64,000 nt of DNA from an uncultured virus (IMG/VR IMGVR_UViG_3300011223_000002) (taxonomy: Duplodnaviria; Heunggongvirae; Uroviricota; Caudoviricetes). This document shows positions 49,200-58,660 of the stretch, one piece after another. The translations under genes and the position numbers were made by a program. How positions within the stretch are numbered: the stretch's first letter is position 1; each line of letters opens with the position of its first letter. The notes beneath the pieces are model-generated. The model did no database searches. It was not told where the DNA came from and saw nothing but the letters and a program-made list of their open reading frames with translations. Where the stretch lies: positions 1 through 64,000 of IMG/VR virus record IMGVR_UViG_3300011223_000002; one strand, 5' to 3'.

Positions 49200-49965
49200 G
49201 ACTAATATCCTCTTGCTTATCTACATTTGCCAGACCACCTAACCACTCCGCCACTGTACTCTCGACCATTCTCGCGTCTGGGTTATTAGCGGCATCCTGA
49301 ACACCTTGGATGGCTTGCTCAAGGAGCTCTGCGAGGTCGGTGTCGTACATGTCGTAATACGCAAAGTGACTGGTAGGGTAGTAACGAATATGCAGGAATC
49401 GATTGAGTTCGATCATGGCCTGCCGTTGCGCCGGAGAAATACCAAAAGGGCCTTCAGCACCGTCTTCGAATATTTCCGGGGAAGTCCTTTCTAAATCAGC
49501 AAGGTAGTTCTTGGCAATTCGGGTAGAGGTGCGACGCTTCTTCACAAAAGGAATGATACCTTTCTGTGGGTCGAGTGACAGGATAACAGAACCTTTACAG
49601 AGATTCCCTAACGACCCCAGCAGTTCGGTCAAGTTGATGCCGTCAGTCCGAAGTGCTGCCGAGTCCACGATGTCATACTTACGCATGAACCTACGTGCTA
49701 ATTCCAACACCCCATTCAGCTCGAAGGCATGGAAAGCAAAACGATGCCTAACATTCTCTTGCGGGCGGAACGATAAGGTATAGAGAACATCTTGTTCGTT
49801 CAAACGGGTCATGTCGCTTTGATCATCGTACATCAAGAACAGCCCGTGCCGTTCAGTATACTCATAAACAGATACACCCTCCACACGCTGAGGGTTTATG
49901 CATACGGTAAGGGCGCCGTTGCAAATCTGCGTCAAGTGTAGCAATGGATCTGGATGAGTTCTCAT
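49192..49965 (-). CDS. Hypothetical protein with an internal two-fold domain repeat
   Basis: Two halves each with C(N/K)G(A/S)..(V/L).(I/L).PQ... and L.(L/I).(F/Y).P. Confidence 0.55.
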   Translation of the reverse strand: MRTHPDPLLHLTQICNGALTVCINPQRVEGVSVYEYTERHGLFLMYDDQSDMTRLNEQDVLYTLSFRPQENVRHRFAFHAFELNGVLELARRFMRKYDIVDSAALRTDGINLTELLGSLGNLCKGSVILSLDPQKGIIPFVKKRRTSTRIAKNYLADLERTSPEIFEDGAEGPFGISPAQRQAMIELNRFLHIRYYPTSHFAYYDMYDTDLAELLEQAIQGVQDAANNPDARMVESTVAEWLGGLANVDKQEDISHG

Positions 49966-49985
49966 GCAAATAAATTCCTTAATGA

Positions 49986-50013
49986 AGCGAGTAGCGCCTA
50001 GGCGCTACTCGCT
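49986..50013. repeat. Perfect 28-bp palindrome
   Basis: AGCGAGTAGCGCCTAGGCGCTACTCGCT, intergenic. Confidence 0.85.
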
Positions 50014-50119
50014 ATTGTTGGTTAAACTCAGGTTCTCAGACACCTTGAAGCTTGTTGTTAAGGCTGTTTTGGTGCAACGACCCTACTCCCATAGAGGCAA
50101 TGAGCGGTTTTGGCCGCTG

Positions 50120-50590
50120 TCATTTGCGCAGTATTCCATAGCCGGTGTAAATGAAATTGTCTTTCAAGCTAGATACTAACTTTTTATGCAATTCTGCCGC
50201 ACGCTCGCGGTAGGTCATCTTCGGAAGAACCCCCATACCGCCGATTCGATCGGTAAAAGGAATACCACCAAGAACCCGGCTACGACTCCGATCAGTCTTC
50301 GCCGAGAGGATCCCATGATGGGTAAGACGGAAACCACCGCTGATCATGAAATCTTTCATGCGTTGCAGAAGACGTTGTCGAGCGAGTTTGTCTTCATCTT
50401 CCAGACAGAACATCAATTGGGGTGGGTGCGGGTATTCCGTGACCATGCCGCTGAACGAAGACTGTGCGCGATGATGATGTTTGGACATCAGCACGTCACC
50501 GTTGAAGTCAGGCATTACCTGAGTGATACGGCAGACCGCAGCGCCTGCCACTTTTAGTTCACCACGGGAAATCTCAATAACTGCTTTCAT
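50120..50590 (-). CDS. Hypothetical protein
   Basis: 156 aa, GAGG RBS. Confidence 0.55.
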   Translation of the reverse strand: MKAVIEISRGELKVAGAAVCRITQVMPDFNGDVLMSKHHHRAQSSFSGMVTEYPHPPQLMFCLEDEDKLARQRLLQRMKDFMISGGFRLTHHGILSAKTDRSRSRVLGGIPFTDRIGGMGVLPKMTYRERAAELHKKLVSSLKDNFIYTGYGILRK

Positions 50591-50651
50591 GTTAGAAACC
50601 TCTTTGATAAAGTGTATTTCCTACAATCGGGATTTTACTCGCCATTGTTGG

Positions 50652-51290
50652 TTAGGCGTAGTAATGACGTTCCTGTGAGTTTTGATGCTTGCTGGCGCGC
50701 CATTCATACTCCTTTGGGAGTTGGACAGCAGACCCGCGTTCGCGGAAAATAGGAGAGTTTATGAGGAATACCCCTTCACCCGTGAACAACATCTTTTCTC
50801 GAATACTCCGCTCTGCATCTACACGGTGTTGGTCATTGGGGTAGTGGATGGAATGCGGCGAGCGTCCACTCGTCGATACGGTGAGTATGGACAACTCACC
50901 GCGTCGCACGCCAATGGGCGTCGGTAGGTTACATTTTGCTGCCAGGGTAAACAGACGAGACCATCCACGAGAGGCCGAGGTCATATCGTCCTCGTGGCCG
51001 TGAACATGTTCGATCCAACCACGTGCAACACGATCAAGAGATTCGTCACGATGGGAGGATATGGTGTATTGCTGACGAGCTGCTACAAACTCCTCCATCA
51101 TGTTCGAGACGATCCACGGGTAATGCTTTTGCATGAGCATTAGACCTGCATCTAGAAACCGATGCACCAGCGTTTTACCCACACAGACACAACGCATGTT
51201 TGGGGCGGTAAAGAAAGTGATGTAGATCGGGAAGGGGTGATCTGGAGTAAGTTTGTTGATAACCGGACCCAGGGTGTTCTTGAGTTTCAT
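50652..51290 (-). CDS. Hypothetical protein
   Basis: 212 aa, ATGA overlap, GGAGG RBS. Confidence 0.6.
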   Translation of the reverse strand: MKLKNTLGPVINKLTPDHPFPIYITFFTAPNMRCVCVGKTLVHRFLDAGLMLMQKHYPWIVSNMMEEFVAARQQYTISSHRDESLDRVARGWIEHVHGHEDDMTSASRGWSRLFTLAAKCNLPTPIGVRRGELSILTVSTSGRSPHSIHYPNDQHRVDAERSIREKMLFTGEGVFLINSPIFRERGSAVQLPKEYEWRASKHQNSQERHYYA

Positions 51291-51832
51291 GCCACACCTC
51301 CGTTATCGTAGTACTCGGCTTTGAACTGCTGAAGATGAGAACCTGCAAACCCGCAGGGCTGCTTATCAGGGACTTCAGTTAGCCTCCTGCATTGCTCGAA
51401 GTCCTGCTTCGCCGAGCTCTTTTCTTTGTAGAACTGCCCGCTGGCGACCCCCTTGCTTTCATGGAAGATCACAACACCGTGGATGCTGGTGTTTCGAGTT
51501 TCCAGCTTTCCGGTATATTGCGTGACCACTCGAGCAAATTTCCAACCGTTCTCCGACGCATAGAGGTCGAGCAGTTTGACGTTGTTCTCTGCGTCATAAA
51601 AACTCCCTGCCATACGGAGCAGCTCACCTCCAGCATTTTCCATCCACTGCTCGGGCGCCGCCAGGTAGTGGCCCAGCATGAAATGGATCACCGCGGCCTG
51701 CTCGGCTTCGGCACGACGTTCAATAATGCGCCCGCCTACGCGAAGGGTTCCGGCCACACTAATGCATTTAAAGGAGGGGCGCCCCAGAATTTCAATGAGG
51801 GTGGCGTCGAGCGGAGGGAGTTTATTAACCAT
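51287..51832 (-). CDS. Hypothetical protein
   Basis: 181 aa, AAGGA RBS. Confidence 0.6.
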   Translation of the reverse strand: MVNKLPPLDATLIEILGRPSFKCISVAGTLRVGGRIIERRAEAEQAAVIHFMLGHYLAAPEQWMENAGGELLRMAGSFYDAENNVKLLDLYASENGWKFARVVTQYTGKLETRNTSIHGVVIFHESKGVASGQFYKEKSSAKQDFEQCRRLTEVPDKQPCGFAGSHLQQFKAEYYDNGGVA

Positions 51833-51884
51833 ATCAAAGGTTCCTTAATTATCAGAATTCTGACGATAGACTAAACGCTTACGT

Positions 51885-52640
51885 TCAGCCGCGTTCATGT
51901 GAGGGATGTCCATGGAGCTTGCCCGCTTTTTCACGCTCACCCTCGAAGTAACGAGTCACCCGTTCTCGGCGTCGGCCTTTCATGAGCTCCAGGCGTTCTA
52001 ACCGATGACCTTCATGAAGGGCGTGCAAAGGAAATTTATCGAGGTCGAAGTTATAGACCCATCCGTTGATACTGATGGCATTACGGGACGGTTCTTCAGG
52101 GTAGATGTAAACTTTACCCCTGAGAATATCCCCCTTCAAATGGACTGGACTTACCCGGTAGAGTGCAGGCGCGGAACCAAATAGTGTAAAGAGCTTGTAG
52201 AAAAGGCGGGGGTAGAAACTGACTGTTTGCTGGAACATACGCTCGCCTTTGCAAAGGTTATGTTCCAGCAAGCGAATAAGGGAGCCTCTCAAACTCTGCG
52301 CTTCACCATCAATGATGAAATGGCGGGTTTGCTTTGGTTCGATTGTAACATAAACCGAACACTCGCTTGTGCCGACAAACGCCATGATAAAGCGCTCATC
52401 TTCACTCATTACGATCGAGTAATGCTCAATACTTCCCTCGATGGTAACTTCCAACTGTGGCCATGCTGGGTCTTTAAGCATGGGGAAACCGCCCACCAAC
52501 GATACGAACAAAGACCGTTTGACGGGCTCATCCAAGTAGGAACGAACTAAACCAAATTCGCCCATGGCTGCCACAAATTCCTTCCTGCCGTCTTTACGAC
52601 GTTTAGTAAACGTACAGGCGAGGTCATTAACAATGTTCAT
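51885..52640 (-). CDS. Hypothetical protein
   Basis: 251 aa, AAGGAG RBS. Confidence 0.6.
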   Translation of the reverse strand: MNIVNDLACTFTKRRKDGRKEFVAAMGEFGLVRSYLDEPVKRSLFVSLVGGFPMLKDPAWPQLEVTIEGSIEHYSIVMSEDERFIMAFVGTSECSVYVTIEPKQTRHFIIDGEAQSLRGSLIRLLEHNLCKGERMFQQTVSFYPRLFYKLFTLFGSAPALYRVSPVHLKGDILRGKVYIYPEEPSRNAISINGWVYNFDLDKFPLHALHEGHRLERLELMKGRRRERVTRYFEGEREKAGKLHGHPSHERG

Positions 52641-52649
52641 GGTTACTCC

Positions 52650-53231
52650 TTATTTCTTGCACGCCAACCGGTATGCTGCCTCGATTGGATGGAACCCAAT
52701 CGGAACAGTCCGCTGAGATTGTTTATCGAATGTCGCACAGACCGTTAGACGATGGGGATTGATTGGTTCCCACTCCACCGACGCAATAAATTCCTCCCCG
52801 TTCTTATTTCCTTCCACAGCAACGGATACCGGAATGTTGTCATCCAAGAACTTCTCCTGGATTACACGAGACCAATACGAATAGAGTGTGATGGTCTTGG
52901 GGTCGCTCACTGATAACAGTGCCTGGAACAACACCCGTAGACTTTCTTCGTGCGATCGGCATGGATTGTTGACGATCAGCGTTTGACGGCGATAGGACGT
53001 AAACAGGTAGAGTCGCGTGCTGAGACCGTCACTGAGCGCTACCAGCAACCCAGCAGCGGTATCCAGCGATCCCATCCATTCGAGTGGGCGTTTCAACCCA
53101 GGCCGGATGACTGCCGTTTTAACACCTCGGTAGGTAGCGCCATGCAATGACCCATCGTGGCAGTTGATCTTGAGTTGCGCTGAACTGTAGCCACTGAGTT
53201 GAGCCGCGGTTGCTTCAAAGACCTTCTTCAT
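52650..53231 (-). CDS. Hypothetical protein
   Basis: 193 aa. Confidence 0.55.
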   Translation of the reverse strand: MKKVFEATAAQLSGYSSAQLKINCHDGSLHGATYRGVKTAVIRPGLKRPLEWMGSLDTAAGLLVALSDGLSTRLYLFTSYRRQTLIVNNPCRSHEESLRVLFQALLSVSDPKTITLYSYWSRVIQEKFLDDNIPVSVAVEGNKNGEEFIASVEWEPINPHRLTVCATFDKQSQRTVPIGFHPIEAAYRLACKK

Positions 53232-53262
53232 GGTAAACCCTTACTAAATCGACGAGATGCTA

Positions 53263-53973
53263 TTAACGACAGAAGCCATCATGGCTGACGATGGCGGTGG
53301 CTTTGTCAGACTGGATCCAATACTTATCAGCATCACCCAGGATAAGAATCCCACGTTCGCCATCTCGTGCATCTTTCCGCCACCAACTACCGTCCGCCTT
53401 AATCCCCACAACTGAGAATTTGTCTCCGGTGACATTGATAACGGTGCGTTCAAGCCCAGAAGACTCATCGACGAGATGGTAACCAAACAGCGATTTGTAT
53501 GCGTAGCTGGTGTTACGTGTACCGGTTAACTCACCTTTACCAAAACTAACCTTGCAGTCAGTTGGGACTGTGTAGCGACCTTTGGTAACGTAATCAGGAA
53601 GCATCGCCCAGGCACCTGCCACGCACCCCGCCAGAATTCCCAATGCCACAAACCAACCAAGCCAGAACTTCAGCAGAAAGCGAAACTTTGCTTTCTTTAA
53701 CATGGCCTGTGCAAGGAAAGCGGGGTCTGGTCGATCTTCAGGTGACATTTCAGGTTCGTGCCGTCTGGAGATTTGGCCAAGCGCCATGAAACAACCGTCT
53801 TCACCATGATGACGACGAATGACCGCGGGATCTTCGCCCCTGTTCATCTGATCGGAGAAGTGACTGCCCGCGGCTTTGACTTCCGCTGTCACATCAAAGT
53901 CCTCTGGACGATTGGGGATGGCATAAGAACCGTCCATGGAGTGTTTATTATCTTCTACAGTTACCATCTTCAT
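53263..53973 (-). CDS. Single-pass membrane protein
   Basis: Central TM FWLGWFVALGILAGCVAGAWAML; TAAGGA RBS. Confidence 0.6.
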   Translation of the reverse strand: MKMVTVEDNKHSMDGSYAIPNRPEDFDVTAEVKAAGSHFSDQMNRGEDPAVIRRHHGEDGCFMALGQISRRHEPEMSPEDRPDPAFLAQAMLKKAKFRFLLKFWLGWFVALGILAGCVAGAWAMLPDYVTKGRYTVPTDCKVSFGKGELTGTRNTSYAYKSLFGYHLVDESSGLERTVINVTGDKFSVVGIKADGSWWRKDARDGERGILILGDADKYWIQSDKATAIVSHDGFCR

Positions 53974-54002
53974 TTTCCTTAAAAATCAAAAAATAAACCC
54001 TC

Positions 54003-54043
54003 CGCCTTACCCCATTAGGTTAATACGCTAATGGGGTAAGGCG
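54003..54043 (-). terminator. Terminator hairpin
   Basis: 16-bp stem CGCCTTACCCCATTAG / CTAATGGGGTAAGGCG with an upstream A-run. Confidence 0.7.
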
Positions 54044-54052
54044 AGGATTCTT

Positions 54053-54631
54053 TTATTCACCTTCCAGCCGCTCCAGCAGGAAAGGAATACTGGCGTTGGC
54101 GCCCGTACCAAGGTCTTGGTACAAGAGGATGCCAAACTTAGGGTGGACTGTTTTCGTGGTAAGCCCAATGTAGGCTTTTGTGTGGTTGTCAAGGGTCACG
54201 TCGATTCCAGGTACGCGGCAAGCCCGCAGTATTCTTCGCAAGCTTTCAGGGTAGCCAAATTCAAACAGCTCTGCCTGAAGGTCGAGAACATGTTGGCTTA
54301 CCGAGATTGGCGGCGGGTTAGGGACTGCCAAGTCGCGGCTACATGTCTTGAATGCGGAGAATGCTTCTCGCCCGTAATGCACAGTATCAGGCGAGTTCAG
54401 CAAATAGCCAGACAGGAAGTTCTTGTCAGTGACGATCTCGTGGAGAATATCCAAGAGGAAGACGAAGTCACACAGGCGTTTCGAGCTGATCGACAGGCGA
54501 TCAAAGCGCTCGAGACAGTTGGGATCCAAGACCGCCCGGCACTCCGCCACGGTTGGAATCTTCTCATCGAAGATCGGTCGAGGGGGAACGAAAGGGTCTT
54601 CATCTAGGGGTCGGATCGCGGTGACGCTCAT
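54053..54631 (-). CDS. Hypothetical early protein
   Basis: 192 aa, AAGGA RBS, first gene after promoter motif copy 4. Confidence 0.6.
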   Translation of the reverse strand: MSVTAIRPLDEDPFVPPRPIFDEKIPTVAECRAVLDPNCLERFDRLSISSKRLCDFVFLLDILHEIVTDKNFLSGYLLNSPDTVHYGREAFSAFKTCSRDLAVPNPPPISVSQHVLDLQAELFEFGYPESLRRILRACRVPGIDVTLDNHTKAYIGLTTKTVHPKFGILLYQDLGTGANASIPFLLERLEGE

Positions 54632-54717
54632 GGGATGTTCCTTTTCAACAGGGAAGTAAATTAACCTGCATTTAAATAGCAGGTTCTGTTAATAAATAAC
54701 GATGAATATTCACACAA

Positions 54718-54737
54718 GTAATGTAGTACTAAAGAAA
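54718..54737 (-). promoter_or_regulatory. Phage early-promoter-like motif (copy 4)
   Basis: Minus strand TTTCTTTAGTACTACATTAC. Confidence 0.55.
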
Positions 54738-54770
54738 TCTGCAAGTGAATTATGCGGCATAGAGGCAACA

Positions 54771-54798
54771 CTACCAGTCGGCATATGCCGACTGGTAG
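54771..54798. terminator. Perfect 28-bp palindrome, likely terminator
   Basis: CTACCAGTCGGCATATGCCGACTGGTAG just after the 54819 stop. Confidence 0.6.
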
Positions 54799-54818
54799 GT
54801 TGGTCGTGCTGGACAGGG

Positions 54819-55412
54819 TCAGCTTTGGGGTTCAGGGTATTCCAGACGACCGTAATCAGTCGGCGGAATGATCTTGACAGGCTCTTGACCGATCGCGTAC
54901 ACCACCGAGCCGCGCGTATACGCGTTCATGGCGATACTCAAGGTAGTCAAGTCAGAAGCGAGTTCTTCACCTGCCAGAATGTAACGGTATGCATCGAAGA
55001 AGGCGATCTTGGCATCAGCCGCCATGCTCTCTTCGGTCGACGAAGCGCTGAGTACGATACCTACGCTGAGTTTGCTGCCGTCCGTGTAGACGTAAGCACC
55101 CGGCGAAGTTTGTTCGGACAAAGCCGCTTTGCTCGCCAATGGGGTCTTCTTGTTTTTCAGGAAGAACGCATTGGGCGAGTTGAGGTCAGCGGGGAGCCAC
55201 TGTTGAGTCACGCCACGGAAGTTGCGGCTGACAGAGGTCACAGTAGCGGTCTGCAGCTCAGGGACCCCGGGGTTCAGGTCACTGATAACGATTTCTGACA
55301 GGGTGAGGTTTTGGAACAATGGAAGCATGTTTGGATCATTCTTGTAACGATCCAAGTTGACTTCGACGAACTTGTCGAGGAACAACTGAGCGAGTGGAAT
55401 GGTACCGGCCAT
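54819..55412 (-). CDS. Probable virion protein; paralog of 33357-33938
   Basis: Shares QLFL..FVE.N..RY.N.P..LTLS.I and RGV.QQ.LPAD. Confidence 0.65.
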   Translation of the reverse strand: MAGTIPLAQLFLDKFVEVNLDRYKNDPNMLPLFQNLTLSEIVISDLNPGVPELQTATVTSVSRNFRGVTQQWLPADLNSPNAFFLKNKKTPLASKAALSEQTSPGAYVYTDGSKLSVGIVLSASSTEESMAADAKIAFFDAYRYILAGEELASDLTTLSIAMNAYTRGSVVYAIGQEPVKIIPPTDYGRLEYPEPQS

Positions 55413-55472
55413 GATGGCAACTCCTGATCTATGATCTACTATGGCACGCTGCTATGGCGTTCCCATATAAAA

Positions 55473-55697
55473 TCAATGAATGAGGAAGATCACGGGTGCG
55501 GTCACTATGATTGCCGCAAACAAGCTGGTTTGTGGTCTCAATTGCACCACCAGTAATAAGAAAGAATACACAAGGTATTGTGCGCTGTTAAGCAGGGCGT
55601 TCCCGCCGAGACCTACTAATACAAGCGCGATCAATACATAGGTAATGTGATAAAAACTAAAGATTCGCTTAAAGGCGAAAGTAACACAAGAAATCAT
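55473..55697 (-). CDS. Small hydrophobic membrane protein
   Basis: Up to three TM-like segments, GAGG RBS. Confidence 0.5.
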   Translation of the reverse strand: MISCVTFAFKRIFSFYHITYVLIALVLVGLGGNALLNSAQYLVYSFLLLVVQLRPQTSLFAAIIVTAPVIFLIH

Positions 55698-55751
55698 GCC
55701 ACCTCTCTTAACTAATAAGAAGGGAGAGGTATGACCCCTCCCTCCAGTTCT

Positions 55752-57422
55752 TTAACGCACCTGGGTGCTGACCTGGTTCAACTTACCACCCAGCAGCAAC
55801 GTCTCAGTGCTGTTCAGTAGTTTGGCCGTCTGCAGGCCACCTTTCAATGCAGTAATGGCCGCGAAGGCCGTGTCATACACACCGAGCTCTTCTGCGTTAC
55901 CCGGCGTGTCGTTCGACAAGTCCACGATGGACCCACTGGTCATGTACTCGTAGGTGTAGATGTCTGGAGGCAACATCCCCAAATCATTAAACAGTTGAAC
56001 ATGCCCTGCCAGCGCCATCTCCGCCAGACCAACGAGCAAGGACCCTTCTACATCAGGATGTTCGTCAATCACTTCTGCCGTTGCGCGCATCAGCGCCGTA
56101 CCGCCACCAGGCAGAATGCCGTTGTCCAGTGCCGATTTGACTGCTTTGACAACATCGTCATAACGGTCAATACGTTCCTTGATCTCGGAGTTGGTTTCAC
56201 CACCCACATGGATGGTAACTGCCTTGCCCCGCAAACGCCGGATACGGCCGAGGGTGAGACGACCACGAACACTATACATGTCGGTCATGGAGTACTGCCC
56301 AACCAAGCCTTCGATTTCCTTGACTTGTTCATCGATACGTGCTTCACCCGACGGTTTCATGTCGGAGAGGAACGAACGAGCACTGCCACAGACCAGGACA
56401 CTTTCAGCAGAGTCTCGCGATGCACTGACGCTGCCAATTTCTTCGATGTTGCTGAGCATGGGAGCGCCGAGCATTACCGAGAGGTCACGCAGGTCGTTGG
56501 AACCAGCAGCGCCACCAGTACCCGTCTGCATTACGATGATTGGCGAGGTCTTCAGGTCGCGGGTGGCTTCCTTCTGACGCAGCATCTGAGACAGCACATT
56601 GATAATGTCGAGGAACTGCTTGTTCGCAGTCTGTTCGACGTTGCGCGCAACCAGTACCAATGGCCAGACATCGCCTGAGGCTTTCATGAAGTCATGAATC
56701 CCCTTGCTCACCACGGCCATGTCGAACGAATGAAGGACATCGTCAACCACGAGCGGGGTAAAGGTTTTCAGGGTCAACTCACCACCTTGACCGTTGGCGC
56801 CGTAAGCTGGGTAGCTGTAGATCATTCGCAGCACACGACCCTGATCTTTTTGGATCTGGTCATTGAGCGCCTGACCTTCTTTGAGGATGATGTCCAGGTT
56901 GCCCAGAACACCTTTCTCGGTGACATTGGCTTCGCGGTAGATGTCAGTCACCAGACGCGCCAGTTCCTCGTCCTGGTTGCTCGAGGTGAGCGCCAGTTGG
57001 TACAGCCGTGGATCATCGACGCCAATCGTGATAGCGTTCGCCGCCAGACGCTCGATGATCAGCTTGACCATGACCTCGACCTGTTTACGCTTGGCGAAAC
57101 TGTTCTGTGTCCGGAAGATCTTCAGCAGTTCGCTGGTCAACAGGATGGTGGTGGTGGTACCATCACCGCAGTCCCGCTCGGTTTTCAGCGCGGGTTCGGT
57201 GATGACGCGGTTGATCAGTTCTTCAGACTCGTCTTCGAACTTGATGGAGCGGGCAACAGTCACGCCATCTTTGGTAGTCTTGGTGCTGACCGCCCCGAGG
57301 GAAATGAGCGATACCTTACCGTTTGGACCCATCGTCGACACCACAGCGCGACGCACTGTTTCCATGACGTGGTCAACCTTGTTACGAACCACTTCGCCAT
57401 GGTGAATGAATTCTTTTTGCAT
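55752..57422 (-). CDS. groEL: GroEL-like phage chaperonin
   Basis: TMGPNG, TKDGVTVA, GDGTTT, VGG..E..E...R..D, ILPGGG; start MQKEF with GGAG RBS. Confidence 0.92.
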   Translation of the reverse strand: MQKEFIHHGEVVRNKVDHVMETVRRAVVSTMGPNGKVSLISLGAVSTKTTKDGVTVARSIKFEDESEELINRVITEPALKTERDCGDGTTTTILLTSELLKIFRTQNSFAKRKQVEVMVKLIIERLAANAITIGVDDPRLYQLALTSSNQDEELARLVTDIYREANVTEKGVLGNLDIILKEGQALNDQIQKDQGRVLRMIYSYPAYGANGQGGELTLKTFTPLVVDDVLHSFDMAVVSKGIHDFMKASGDVWPLVLVARNVEQTANKQFLDIINVLSQMLRQKEATRDLKTSPIIVMQTGTGGAAGSNDLRDLSVMLGAPMLSNIEEIGSVSASRDSAESVLVCGSARSFLSDMKPSGEARIDEQVKEIEGLVGQYSMTDMYSVRGRLTLGRIRRLRGKAVTIHVGGETNSEIKERIDRYDDVVKAVKSALDNGILPGGGTALMRATAEVIDEHPDVEGSLLVGLAEMALAGHVQLFNDLGMLPPDIYTYEYMTSGSIVDLSNDTPGNAEELGVYDTAFAAITALKGGLQTAKLLNSTETLLLGGKLNQVSTQVR

Positions 57423-57462
57423 ACCGTGCTCCAAAATAAAAGGTAGTGTACGTTACCCAGAG

Positions 57463-57480
57463 GTAATATAGGTTTAAGAA
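57463..57480 (-). promoter_or_regulatory. Phage early-promoter-like motif (copy 5), upstream of the chaperonin
   Basis: Minus strand TTCTTAAACCTATATTAC, embedded in a 12-bp inverted repeat. Confidence 0.7.
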
Positions 57481-57505
57481 TTTTTACCTCTGGGTTATCC
57501 AGCCG

Positions 57506-57649
57506 TTAAAGAACGGGTGGGTTCTTGGCAAAGGTGATCATGATCGCGAACGAAACAAACGCAATCATGATCCAAGCCAACAAGAAGATTGCGGTGAAAC
57601 GTTTACGCAGCACCCAGTTTTTCTGAGCTTGTTTTTGAGGGTAGCGCAT
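57506..57649 (-). CDS. Small membrane protein (47 aa)
   Basis: MRYPQK start with AGGA RBS, one TM. Confidence 0.45.
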   Translation of the reverse strand: MRYPQKQAQKNWVLRKRFTAIFLLAWIMIAFVSFAIMITFAKNPPVL

Positions 57650-58322
57650 TGTCCAGTTCCTGCCGATGAAGTTCGCCACTCGCGTAGCGTTTCCGTAATG
57701 TTTTAAGTTTGCCCAGAACAACATCAATTTCCTCAACCAGGCGGTCGAGTTGTTTGAGCGTTCGTTTGCTTTCCCGAGGGACGACAATTTCACCATTTCG
57801 TCTGTAAACGCTGAGCCAGATGTTAATGGCTCGACTGCAGTCGCTGACAAAGAGTGAGCCGCCCCCTAGCGGTTCAATTTTGTACGAGACGTAACCGGTG
57901 TAATGACTGGGGAGTTCTTCATCATTTAACCATCGGCGTTCATACAGGGTTTCTTTATCTCCTTTACTCTTACTGCGTTTGAGGGTTTCCTTAACAAAGA
58001 AACGGAGGGTGTTACGCAACAGGATCAGTTTTCGTTCGAACGACTTCAGCTTCTCGTCGCCTTCAATCGAGTGCAACAAGACACTGGTGTTGTTGTAACG
58101 GACCTGGAGCTCACCATGCCACTCACGAGTATGGTGCGGTTTATCTGATTCGATCCATTCCCGTTTGTCGGAATCCCACTTACCGAGTTTAAGTTCGGAA
58201 GTTACAGACAGGGTGGACAAGACGCAGTTAGTGTTAAGAACGGCCATCCCATCCTCCTCGCCGACATCATCTTCCTTGATCAAAAAACTTCGGTGTAATG
58301 CCAGCAGTGACTGTGTATGCAT
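57603..58322 (-). CDS. Hypothetical protein
   Basis: Start MHTQSL with AAGG RBS. Confidence 0.6.
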   Translation of the reverse strand: MHTQSLLALHRSFLIKEDDVGEEDGMAVLNTNCVLSTLSVTSELKLGKWDSDKREWIESDKPHHTREWHGELQVRYNNTSVLLHSIEGDEKLKSFERKLILLRNTLRFFVKETLKRSKSKGDKETLYERRWLNDEELPSHYTGYVSYKIEPLGGGSLFVSDCSRAINIWLSVYRRNGEIVVPRESKRTLKQLDRLVEEIDVVLGKLKTLRKRYASGELHRQELDNALPSKTSSEKLGAA

Positions 58323-58393
58323 GAAGGCACCTTGAAATAAAGGTAATGGAAACCTCCCCGCATCCCAGGTCGGGGGCGGGGAAGTCATTACGC

Positions 58394-58651
58394 TTACAAC
58401 TGGCGGAGGTAGTAGACCGTGTCGACCTTATCGAACTGGTACTGTTTGCCCTTAGTGTCAATACTCCCCATCTCCACCTCGATCTTACCTTTGAGGTGGA
58501 AAATGGTTTTGCCGATTTGACCAATCACGTGGTCCTGGGTAACGCGCTCACCGCGGTTACCGCCAACAACGTGCACACCGCCACTGGCAAGTTGGGCTTT
58601 GATGGCAGCGAACTCTTTTGGGCTAACGGCTTGTTTCAGTTTGATGAACAC
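58394..58651 (-). CDS. Hypothetical protein
   Basis: GTG start, GAGGA RBS. Confidence 0.55.
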   Translation of the reverse strand: MFIKLKQAVSPKEFAAIKAQLASGGVHVVGGNRGERVTQDHVIGQIGKTIFHLKGKIEVEMGSIDTKGKQYQFDKVDTVYYLRQL

Positions 58652-58660
58652 AGCTTATCC

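Noticed and set aside
16430..55473. TATG late-promoter motifs upstream of structural genes (about 16438, 27892, 33319, 55464)
   Set aside because: A 4-bp motif is too frequent to call without TSS data
57455..57495. CIRCE/HrcA operator upstream of groEL
   Set aside because: Does not match TTAGCACTC-N9-GAGTGCTAA; reported only as an unexplained inverted repeat
57650..57850. N-terminal extension of the 57506 ORF overlapping 57603-58322
   Set aside because: Long same-strand overlap; a downstream ATG at 57649 with an RBS is more plausible
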